This document shows positions 16,345 through 23,495 of a stretch of 27,919 nt of DNA, in pieces (the stretch's first letter is position 1; each line of letters starts with the position of its first letter). The notes under the pieces are model-generated. The model searched no databases. It worked only from the letters and a program-made list of their open reading frames with translations, and was not told the DNA's origin. This DNA comes from a virus (Duplodnaviria > Caudoviricetes). The stretch lies in the IMG/VR virus record IMGVR_UViG_3300025875_000085, positions 1 through 27,919 of that record, one strand, 5' to 3'. The position numbers and the translations under genes are program-made.

Positions 16345-17037
16345 ATGACGGATTCACCAATCGCTGTTCGTTTGTCTCAAATCGCTGCCGCAATGCGAAG
16401 CGAAGAGCGCGGTGTTATTGACCAATACGCGATCAAGATCGAGACGATCGTGCGTGAGCTTGAGCAGCCCGCGGCCGGCACCAGCGCCTACGAGTTGGTG
16501 GCCGCCGCCGAACAGAACCACGTCGAGACGACCGAGACGCTGATCCACATGGTCGCGGCCACGGCGTTGATGCGGTTGATTGGCGACGATACTCTCGCCG
16601 AGATGGCCGAAACAGGATCGGCATCGGTGTCCTTCAGCCCGCAAGACATGGACCGGATGCACCGGGACTACGAGATGTCGGCCCTGCGGGACGGCCTGAT
16701 TACGACGGTGAAGATCACTCGTCGCGGCGATGAATCCGCGCCGCCAGCTCCCCCAGGTGAGGCGCACTTGGAAGCGCTGCCGGAGAGCCTGATGACGCAG
16801 GACGAGGACGAGACGCCCTTCGAGCCCCAGGCGGAAGAGCACGTTTACGATCGACCGCTGTGGGCTGCGCGGATCAACGGCAAGCTCTACCCAAAGTCCG
16901 ATCGCGAGTCGGCCGGCCGCGCGTGCCGGATCAGCCGTGCGGAGGACATCTGCCAAGTTGAGAACCGCTTCTGCTACCACAACGACTGCCCCGCCGAGCG
17001 GTGCAACCACCCGTTAACCACTGACGACGCGAAGTAA
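16345..17037 (+). CDS. hypothetical protein with Cys/His-rich C-terminus
   Basis: ATG at 16345 with GGAG RBS; CYHNDCPAERCNH. Confidence 0.7.
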   Translation: MTDSPIAVRLSQIAAAMRSEERGVIDQYAIKIETIVRELEQPAAGTSAYELVAAAEQNHVETTETLIHMVAATALMRLIGDDTLAEMAETGSASVSFSPQDMDRMHRDYEMSALRDGLITTVKITRRGDESAPPAPPGEAHLEALPESLMTQDEDETPFEPQAEEHVYDRPLWAARINGKLYPKSDRESAGRACRISRAEDICQVENRFCYHNDCPAERCNHPLTTDDAK

Positions 17038-17043
17038 CTTTGT

Positions 17044-17484
17044 GTGTTCACTTGCTACCTTTTGGCGGTCAACGTGTCCGGTGATACCTACGTCGGTGTC
17101 ACCGGACAAGCATTAAGCCGGCGACTCGATCAGCACCGGAAAGACGTTCGCTTTCTCGCCGGCTTTACCGCGGAAGTCTTAGGCACCGCGAAGGACCGCG
17201 ACAAGGCCAACAACATAGAAGCCAAAGAGATCAAACAACGTAAGCCCACGTTGAATAAGCGGAAAGGCGGAAATTCTATCGGCGGATACCGTTCACCGCG
17301 CGGCAACATCAAAGCGGCGTCTGGCACAATACATGGCTCTTATTCGAATCGTACACATTGCAATCGCGGCCACGAACTAACTTCCGAGATCAGAGCACCA
17401 AACGGCAGTTGCCGAATTTGCGCCCGATCATCGAACCGCGCATGGATGCTCCGCAAATATGGAATTGGGCGCGGCGCGGATTGA
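17044..17484 (+). CDS. GIY-YIG homing endonuclease with C-terminal zinc finger
   Basis: TCYLL...TYVGVT...RRLDQH...E...I...PTLN nuclease core plus THCNRGH...CRIC; visibly lower GC. Confidence 0.8.
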   Translation: MFTCYLLAVNVSGDTYVGVTGQALSRRLDQHRKDVRFLAGFTAEVLGTAKDRDKANNIEAKEIKQRKPTLNKRKGGNSIGGYRSPRGNIKAASGTIHGSYSNRTHCNRGHELTSEIRAPNGSCRICARSSNRAWMLRKYGIGRGAD

Positions 17485-17510
17485 CATGCGCCACGCATAG
17501 GCCCATAGGC
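17481..17510 (+). promoter_or_regulatory. candidate promoter for the GapR-like/ParB-like genes
   Basis: TTGACA-tgcgccacgcataggcc, a variant of the shared spacer motif. Confidence 0.45.
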
Positions 17511-17544
17511 GATTCGTCACCAGCGAGGGATGACAAGGACCGAC

Positions 17545-17775
17545 ATGCCAAAAGGCCCCAACAACGATGATCCAGCGCTCGCGTTGAGCACGCAGAACCG
17601 GGCGTTGTCCGAAGAAAAGCGGCTCAACGTCTTCCTGGATCAGATCATTGAAGCAGAAACGGCGCGAAACCAGGCCAGCGACAAAATCAAGATGCTGTGG
17701 AAGGTTATCGGCCAGCAAGGCTTCAACGTCGAGGACGCCCGCCGGAAGTTGGTTCAACGCATCTGCGCCGGCTGA
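17545..17775 (+). CDS. GapR/DUF2312-like nucleoid-associated protein
   Basis: RLNVFLDQIIEAETARNQASDKIKMLWKVIGQQGFNVEDARR aligns by eye with the GapR pattern L..IIERIERLEEEK..I...IK.VY.EAK..GFD. Confidence 0.6.
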   Translation: MPKGPNNDDPALALSTQNRALSEEKRLNVFLDQIIEAETARNQASDKIKMLWKVIGQQGFNVEDARRKLVQRICAG

Positions 17776-17809
17776 CACAATCCCTGAAACCGTGAAAAGG
17801 AATATCGAC

Positions 17810-19120
17810 ATGGCTGCTGCCAACAACAAGATCACCATCCCGTCGAGCAAGGTGAATATCGCTCTTGCCGCTGGCGCTACCGCTGCCGCGATGAAGGAAG
17901 CAGGCGCTGCTTCCGGCAAGCTCTTCCTGGTGCCGGTGGATAAGATCAAGCTGATCCCCGGCTTCAACGTCCGAGTCGATTCGCCGGACTATCGCGCCCA
18001 CCGCGATATGATCGCCGACTCGATCGCGACCAACGGGTTCGACGAGACGAAGCCCCTGGCCGGTTATGTCGCCAAGGAAGGCGACGACAACGTGATCTAC
18101 GTGACGGACGGCCACACCCGGCTCGACGCCGTGAGCGTGGTCAACGGCACCGATGGCGCGACCAAGATCGACAAGCTGCCGGTGATCGTGCGCTCCACCG
18201 CCCCGTCGCTGACGGACCTGACGGTGATGCTGCACACCAACAACACCGGCCGCCCGCTGTCGCCTTTCGAGCTTGGCGTTGTCGTCAAGCGGCTGCTCAA
18301 GGAAGACGGCGCGGACAAGAAGACGATCGCCGGCAAGCTCGGCGTGACGCCGCGCTATCTCGACGATGTGCTGCTGCTCGTCAACTCGCCCAAGGAAATC
18401 CGCACGGCGGTTCTCAACGGCCAGGTGTCGGCGACGCTCGCGATCCAGGAGCTTCGCAAGGCGGGTGACACGGTGCTCAAGGCCGTCGAGCGCATCACCG
18501 CGGCTGTCGAAAAGGCCACCAAGTCGGGCAAGGCCAAGGCCACGGCCAAGGACACCGAAGATGCCGGCCCGAAGATGAAGAAGATCGTCGAGACGATCTC
18601 GATCGGCGAGGGCACCGACATCAAGGAATTGGTCAAGGCCACCGCCGCCAAGCTGCGTGCCAACATTCCGAACGAGGCCGATGGCGAGGGCGACGAGGCC
18701 GCCAAGCTCGTCACCGTCGATGGCACCATCACGATCACGATCCAGGTGCCTAAGGCGGCTGATCCGATCGTCGCCGCTGCCCCGGCGAAAAAGCCGGCCG
18801 CCAAGAAGACCGGCACCAAGTCGTCGGTGACGAAGCCCACCGCGACGAAGGAAGGCGGCGATCCCGCTCCGGCGGCGGAAGCAACTTCCGACAAGCCGGC
18901 TCCCAAGAAGCACGGCGGTACGGCCAAGGCGGCGGCTCCGGCTCCCGCTCCTGCCCCCGAGCCGGAAGGCGATGACGAGAACATCACCGCCGACGACACC
19001 GATCTCGGCATCCCTGGCGCGGAGCCGGTGACGGACGAGGGCCTGGACGACGAAGTGGCGATCCTGCCGCCTTCGACCAAGGGCAACGCCGACAACAACG
19101 AAGGCGACTCGGACATCTGA
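17810..19120 (+). CDS. ParB-like protein (ParB/Srx domain + HTH) with Ala/Lys/Pro-rich and acidic tail
   Basis: VPVDKI..IPGFNVR, DGHTRLDA (GxxRxxA), N..RPLSPFE and HTH KTIAGKLGVTPRYLDDVLLL. Confidence 0.85.
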   Translation: MAAANNKITIPSSKVNIALAAGATAAAMKEAGAASGKLFLVPVDKIKLIPGFNVRVDSPDYRAHRDMIADSIATNGFDETKPLAGYVAKEGDDNVIYVTDGHTRLDAVSVVNGTDGATKIDKLPVIVRSTAPSLTDLTVMLHTNNTGRPLSPFELGVVVKRLLKEDGADKKTIAGKLGVTPRYLDDVLLLVNSPKEIRTAVLNGQVSATLAIQELRKAGDTVLKAVERITAAVEKATKSGKAKATAKDTEDAGPKMKKIVETISIGEGTDIKELVKATAAKLRANIPNEADGEGDEAAKLVTVDGTITITIQVPKAADPIVAAAPAKKPAAKKTGTKSSVTKPTATKEGGDPAPAAEATSDKPAPKKHGGTAKAAAPAPAPAPEPEGDDENITADDTDLGIPGAEPVTDEGLDDEVAILPPSTKGNADNNEGDSDI

Positions 19121-19127
19121 TCGGACA

Positions 19128-19160
19128 GGGCCGGCGGGGCAACTCGCCGGTCCACCTTTC
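19128..19160 (+). terminator. hairpin terminator after the ParB-like gene
   Basis: gggccggcggg-GCAA-ctcgccggtcc followed by accttt. Confidence 0.5.
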
Positions 19161-19302
19161 CGACGAGCCCTTGGCCTCCATCTCGATCACGATTGCAGCG
19201 AGACGCCGACTACAGCTTCGGCAGAGTGTCCAAGGGTTCTTCGGAGCGGTGGGAATTGGCTCAACGGGCTCAACATCGCGAGACAGGTCTATGCACCGCT
19301 CC
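19160..19302 (+). ncRNA. candidate structured RNA (branched stem plus a second stem)
   Basis: Complementary pairs 19160-19174/19230-19244, 19181-19185/19199-19203, 19205-19209/19218-19222 and 19243-19251/19294-19302. Confidence 0.4.
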
Positions 19303-19345
19303 ACCCTTCTGCTACATCGGCAGGCTCCACAAATGGAGGATCACC

Positions 19346-19501
19346 ATGTTCGACAAGACGAAAGGGTTTTCGCCCCAGCGCGTTGACGAAGCAGCCCGCA
19401 CCAGCAATGTGCTCGCGCGAGCCCGCGAAGCCACCAACGCCGCGATCGGCCAAGGCGGCGATCGTCTCGGCACTCCTGGCCTTGGCGGCGACAAGCTCTG
19501 A
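19346..19501 (+). CDS. 51-aa hypothetical protein
   Basis: ATG with GGAGGA RBS, followed by a terminator hairpin. Confidence 0.6.
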   Translation: MFDKTKGFSPQRVDEAARTSNVLARAREATNAAIGQGGDRLGTPGLGGDKL

Positions 19502-19506
19502 CGAAA

Positions 19507-19543
19507 GAAGCCCCGGCACCGTTGCGAGGGGTGCCGGGGCTTC
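19507..19543. terminator. probable bidirectional terminator between convergent operons
   Basis: Perfect 14-bp stem gaagccccggcacc/ggtgccggggcttc. Confidence 0.75.
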
Positions 19544-19592
19544 CGGGAGTACCAGCGGAGGACCGATCCGCGGCAAGACGGGCGTTAACCTT

Positions 19593-19910
19593 TCACGGCA
19601 CAGCCGTCAAGTCCTCTCCTACCGCACAGCGATCGAGCGCCGCCACGGCCCGATCACCCCATCCACCAGGCGCTTCATAGCGGCCAAGCTGTGCCGATGT
19701 CTTCGCCACTCGTTCATCGGCTGTCGCCGGCATCGGTTGCTCCGCCAACGGCCGCGGCCGGGTTGCCTTGATCGAGTCGTAGGTTGCCTTGTCGGGGCAC
19801 CTGGCCCGCACCGGCACCTTTTCGATCTGGATATGGGTTTCGGTGGCAACGCCGGGGCCGCCACAGCCGGCCAGGAGCCCCGCCAGGGCCAAGAGCACGA
19901 TCACCTTCAC
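19593..19910 (-). CDS. o-spanin (Rz1-like lipoprotein)
   Basis: GTG start with GGAGG RBS, lipobox LLAGC, Pro-rich, last gene of the lysis cassette. Confidence 0.75.
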   Translation of the reverse strand: MKVIVLLALAGLLAGCGGPGVATETHIQIEKVPVRARCPDKATYDSIKATRPRPLAEQPMPATADERVAKTSAQLGRYEAPGGWGDRAVAALDRCAVGEDLTAVP

Positions 19911-20395
19911 TTCCACGCCTCCCATGCTGCTTTGCTGTCTGCGCCGACCGCCTGGCACTGTAGCTCCGGCGTTGGCTGCGCCTTGGCGTGCGCCAGGGCT
20001 TCGATCCGTTTCTCCGATGACTCGTACTGCCCCTTCATCAACACCTGGACGTTGGCGAGCGCCTTGTCCGCGTTCTCGGCGCGCTGTTGGCCTTCTTCGG
20101 CTAGGCGGGTGTTCTCCGCGGCTGCGGCCGAGCAGCTATCCCAGGATCGCTTCAGTGCCGCGATGGCTGCGGGCACCTGTTCGGCCGTCAAGGACTTACG
20201 GAGCCCCTTCGCGTCAGGCTGTACGGTCGCGTCAGTCGCCGAGATCACCACGGCGTTCTGCCAAGCCGTCAGTCGCACGATCTCCTGCCCACGGCGGCTC
20301 CATGACAGGAAGAAACCGAAGACCAAGAGCACCACCAGGCCAATGCCGGCGAGCTTGAGCGCGAGGGAATAGGGACTTAGGTTCGGTAGGTTCAT
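19907..20395 (-). CDS. i-spanin (Rz-like)
   Basis: N-terminal TM helix then Ala/Glu coiled coil; lies between the endolysin and the lipoprotein. Confidence 0.75.
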   Translation of the reverse strand: MNLPNLSPYSLALKLAGIGLVVLLVFGFFLSWSRRGQEIVRLTAWQNAVVISATDATVQPDAKGLRKSLTAEQVPAAIAALKRSWDSCSAAAAENTRLAEEGQQRAENADKALANVQVLMKGQYESSEKRIEALAHAKAQPTPELQCQAVGADSKAAWEAWK

Positions 20396-20406
20396 CGTCC
20401 TTCCTT

Positions 20407-21051
20407 TCATACGGCCAGCTTGAGGCCCTTGGTGAGCTTGTCGCGAACATGCGCGGCAGCTTCGTACTTGGTGACTTTCTGATCCTTGTTGATGTCGAGG
20501 CCGCTGTTCTGTCGATACGCGGTAGGGCTCTTCGCGCCATCGAACAGGACATAGCTCGCATCTTTACCGATCGCGCTCGGCCAAAGGATCGACATGTAGC
20601 AGTCCTCCAACGTCACCAACGGGCCATGCCGCTTGATCTGAAGGACGAAGTATTTGTAGACGAAATTGAGTTGGTCTTCCGGCGTCATCGCCGCGAGCTT
20701 CGCCGTGGTGGTGCCAAGCTCGGCCGCGGTGGCCGGCATGAATTGGATCAACCCGACCGCCCCGGAGCCGGCCATGTTGAGCACGCCAGCCGAAAACTTC
20801 TCTCCGCTCTCCCAAGCGATGCACGCCATGATGAAGTTGGCGTCCATCTTCAGGTCGTTCGCGATCCAACGCACACGATCCCGAAACGTGGCCGACACCT
20901 TCTGCCCCCAAGCGAGCACGGTGGAAGTGACTTCCGGGATCACGGCGGTTACGACTTCCGGCACCACCGACTCTACCGCCGGCTCGGCATAGTGCTCGAC
21001 GGAGGCAATCATTGCGTCCAGGAGCGCTTTATCCACTAGAACCTTTGTCAT
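20407..21051 (-). CDS. endolysin, lytic transglycosylase (SLT-like)
   Basis: MACIAWESG (catalytic Glu), SGAVGLIQFMP, QL..VYKYF and YRQNSGLD motifs. Confidence 0.85.
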   Translation of the reverse strand: MTKVLVDKALLDAMIASVEHYAEPAVESVVPEVVTAVIPEVTSTVLAWGQKVSATFRDRVRWIANDLKMDANFIMACIAWESGEKFSAGVLNMAGSGAVGLIQFMPATAAELGTTTAKLAAMTPEDQLNFVYKYFVLQIKRHGPLVTLEDCYMSILWPSAIGKDASYVLFDGAKSPTAYRQNSGLDINKDQKVTKYEAAAHVRDKLTKGLKLAV

Positions 21052-21055
21052 GGCG

Positions 21056-21622
21056 CTATCGTCCTCGCTGTGGGGGCGGCGGAGAGCCCGCCCAGGGTGC
21101 ATCAGGGAGCTTGTCAGGTGTCTCCATACCCCTAGGGACTGTATCGGCTGCTGGCGGCCCGTTTCCGGCCGATTCCGGCGGCACTACAGGCTGCGGCGGT
21201 CGCCCGATGGTGGCTTGCGTCTCTTCCCGGCGGTCTGGACCCTCGAATTTGGCGCGGCTGGCGATCTGTACGCCGTGCTTCAGGAGGCCCGCGGTTTGGA
21301 TCATCTTCGTGATCTGCTCGGCGCTCGGGGCTACCATGTAGTAGGTGATGATGACCAGCACGGTATAGAACATCATGCGGAACATCTTCTCGATCACCCC
21401 GAGCGCGACAACCGTAATTTGCGCCACGTTGCGGGCGTCCATGCTGTCGATGCGTCCCACGATGTTACCGACAATCCTGTTGGTGGCGTAGCCCAGGCCG
21501 ACGAGGATCGCGAACGCGAAGAAAAGAGCCACGAACGTAAAGACCCGTCGCCAAAGCCAATTGGCTTCAGGCAACGGGTCTTGGGGATCAGGGAGGACGC
21601 GAGGGGTTACTTCATCAGTCAT
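21056..21622 (-). CDS. holin-like membrane protein
   Basis: Two or three hydrophobic segments, immediately upstream of the endolysin. Confidence 0.55.
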   Translation of the reverse strand: MTDEVTPRVLPDPQDPLPEANWLWRRVFTFVALFFAFAILVGLGYATNRIVGNIVGRIDSMDARNVAQITVVALGVIEKMFRMMFYTVLVIITYYMVAPSAEQITKMIQTAGLLKHGVQIASRAKFEGPDRREETQATIGRPPQPVVPPESAGNGPPAADTVPRGMETPDKLPDAPWAGSPPPPQRGR

Positions 21623-22004
21623 GGCGACGATCCATTCTGTCGATCCATCGGTCAATCGCGTGTCGATGCTCGCGCATTTCGGTGCGCTGCTCTCGAAGCT
21701 CGTCACGCAAAGCGCACACCGCCGTATTCAGGTCACGCATCTCACGCCTGTTTTCGGCCATGGCGAAGGTGTTGCCTTCGATCGCCTGCGTGACTTCGTG
21801 GCCGAAAGCATCCTGCATCATGCCGCCGATTACAGCGGTTTTAGTGACAGTCACGTCGCTCTTGTGGCTGTCGAGGACGGCTTCCTTGATCTTCTTGGCG
21901 GCGGAGAGAGCACCGACTACCGCGGCAGCGATGGCCGCGAAGAAAACCGTAGCACTGGCCGCAACCGTCGTAGCATCAGGAATGTGTTGCAGCGCTGACG
22001 GCAC
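21615..22004 (-). CDS. membrane protein with C-terminal coiled coil (holin/antiholin candidate)
   Basis: One N-terminal TM segment and a charged helical tail; start codon uncertain. Confidence 0.55.
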   Translation of the reverse strand: MPSALQHIPDATTVAASATVFFAAIAAAVVGALSAAKKIKEAVLDSHKSDVTVTKTAVIGGMMQDAFGHEVTQAIEGNTFAMAENRREMRDLNTAVCALRDELREQRTEMREHRHAIDRWIDRMDRRHD

Positions 22005-22467
22005 GGCTTGGCTCCGACTGATCTTTACCATGCTGTGCCACGAACATCGCATCAGCGGAAGAGCGAAAAGCCGAATAGAGATCGGCCAGAACCAAAGCGC
22101 TGTAAACGATAACGCCGGTATTTGGCGTATCGCTGTTGAATAGCCCTATGGTGATCTGCGTCAGGATGAAGGCCGAGAAGAAGCTGGCGATCAGTCGGAT
22201 CAACGGTGTGCGCTTCGAACGGCCATTGATGTAAAGGGCTGAGGCCCGAACACCCCCGCCGATCAAGGCCACCACGCCCCACGTCGGTTGTGCCGCGATC
22301 GTCCCTAGGCCGCTCCACATAGCCGAGACGCGAGGGTCCGAGAACATGCCGGGGTGGAGCAAAAGGTAGAGGCCCCAACCGATCAGGATTCCGGCATTTA
22401 GCCATTCCAGTGCGCGAGCCTGAAAGTGTTTCCAGTGTGTCGTCCTGATCTCGGTCGCGACGATCAT
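21976..22467 (-). CDS. 4-TM membrane protein in the lysis cassette
   Basis: ATG at 22467 with AAGGA RBS; four hydrophobic helices. Confidence 0.7.
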   Translation of the reverse strand: MIVATEIRTTHWKHFQARALEWLNAGILIGWGLYLLLHPGMFSDPRVSAMWSGLGTIAAQPTWGVVALIGGGVRASALYINGRSKRTPLIRLIASFFSAFILTQITIGLFNSDTPNTGVIVYSALVLADLYSAFRSSADAMFVAQHGKDQSEPSRAVSAATHS

Positions 22468-22525
22468 GTTTTGGTCCTTATCGGCTTGCACGCCAACCCT
22501 CGTAAGCAGATACACGTCGGGTGGT

Positions 22526-22554
22526 GCGTTAACCCTTTCAAGGGCTGGCGTCAA
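22526..22554 (-). promoter_or_regulatory. candidate promoter for the lysis cassette
   Basis: Minus strand TTGACG-ccagcccttgaaagggt (17 nt)-TAACGC; a palindrome variant lies just upstream at 22563-22574. Confidence 0.45.
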
Positions 22555-22575
22555 GCAGAGCAGAAGTTGCTTCCG

Positions 22576-23466
22576 TCAGGCCGGCCAATCACTAAACCAT
22601 TCTACCTGAAGACGGCAGGGTCGAGCAAAGTTTGTTCCGCTCAAACCGGCCAAGGTGCCGTTCCCGCTGCCACTATTGTATTGCGCGACTATGGTATTTC
22701 CTGGCGTGCAAGGAACCAGCGGGCCAGTGAGGGTACTCAAAGTCTCGTTTATGCCGGTTCTGATGTCTCCTGCGTAGGTTGTCGTGCTTCCTGCGGCGGA
22801 ATCGAACACACGAACGTAGCCTTGAGGAACCCCTGTCCATGCGGTGTAGATGGTGACACGCGCGAGTTTCGCTCCCGGCGGCACAACAATGTTTCCATTA
22901 GCTGCCGACCAGCTATTGAACGTGTCCCGCGCAACAGCCCAAGTTGCGGGCGTTCGCCATGCGCCGGTCCCAACAACGAAGTCAGCCGGCAGGGTCAACG
23001 CCGTTAGACCGATCAGCGTGCTACCGTTGCCGCTGCCGCCGCTCGACGCCGGAACAACCCATTCCACGCCGGACTCGTCCGTCTTGACGGCCAGTACCTT
23101 GCCCTTGTTGCCTGCGAAGGCTGGAAAGGATGCGCCGCCGGTCTGTAGGACCTTCCAAGCCACACCGTCGAACATGACGAAGGTGTCTGCGCCCTTGTCG
23201 TAGAGCAGCCACCCTTCTGCCGGCGCTAGGTACACCCATGCGGCATTATCGTAGAGCGCCACCGACTGCGTATTTGGCGCTGCCGTCAGGATATACACAT
23301 CGCCTTGTGCCGGGGCGGCCGGTACGGCGGCGATACGCCCCAGCACGCCACCTTGGCAGAGCGCCGATAGGCGGATCAGATTCGCGTTTTGATCGTCACC
23401 CCATCCGTCTTCGCCTTCAGCGTAACCGCCTTTGAGGCCGAGTCCAGGAAATGCGCGAGCAACCAT
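22576..23466 (-). CDS. DUF2793-domain tail/receptor-binding protein
   Basis: PAAPAQGDVYI...ALYDNAAWVYLAPAEGWL.YD......FDG..W is the DUF2793 pattern; beta-rich C-terminal domain. Confidence 0.75.
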   Translation of the reverse strand: MVARAFPGLGLKGGYAEGEDGWGDDQNANLIRLSALCQGGVLGRIAAVPAAPAQGDVYILTAAPNTQSVALYDNAAWVYLAPAEGWLLYDKGADTFVMFDGVAWKVLQTGGASFPAFAGNKGKVLAVKTDESGVEWVVPASSGGSGNGSTLIGLTALTLPADFVVGTGAWRTPATWAVARDTFNSWSAANGNIVVPPGAKLARVTIYTAWTGVPQGYVRVFDSAAGSTTTYAGDIRTGINETLSTLTGPLVPCTPGNTIVAQYNSGSGNGTLAGLSGTNFARPCRLQVEWFSDWPA

Positions 23467-23495
23467 GTCAATTCTCCGAAGTTACTTCCGAGCGA

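Noticed and set aside
17723-19155. 396-aa and 266-aa minus-strand ORFs
   Set aside because: Antisense to the ParB-like gene, with no recognisable motifs.
19160-19244. tRNA
   Set aside because: Only two internal hairpins, no T-loop or anticodon-arm consensus, and an over-long closing stem.
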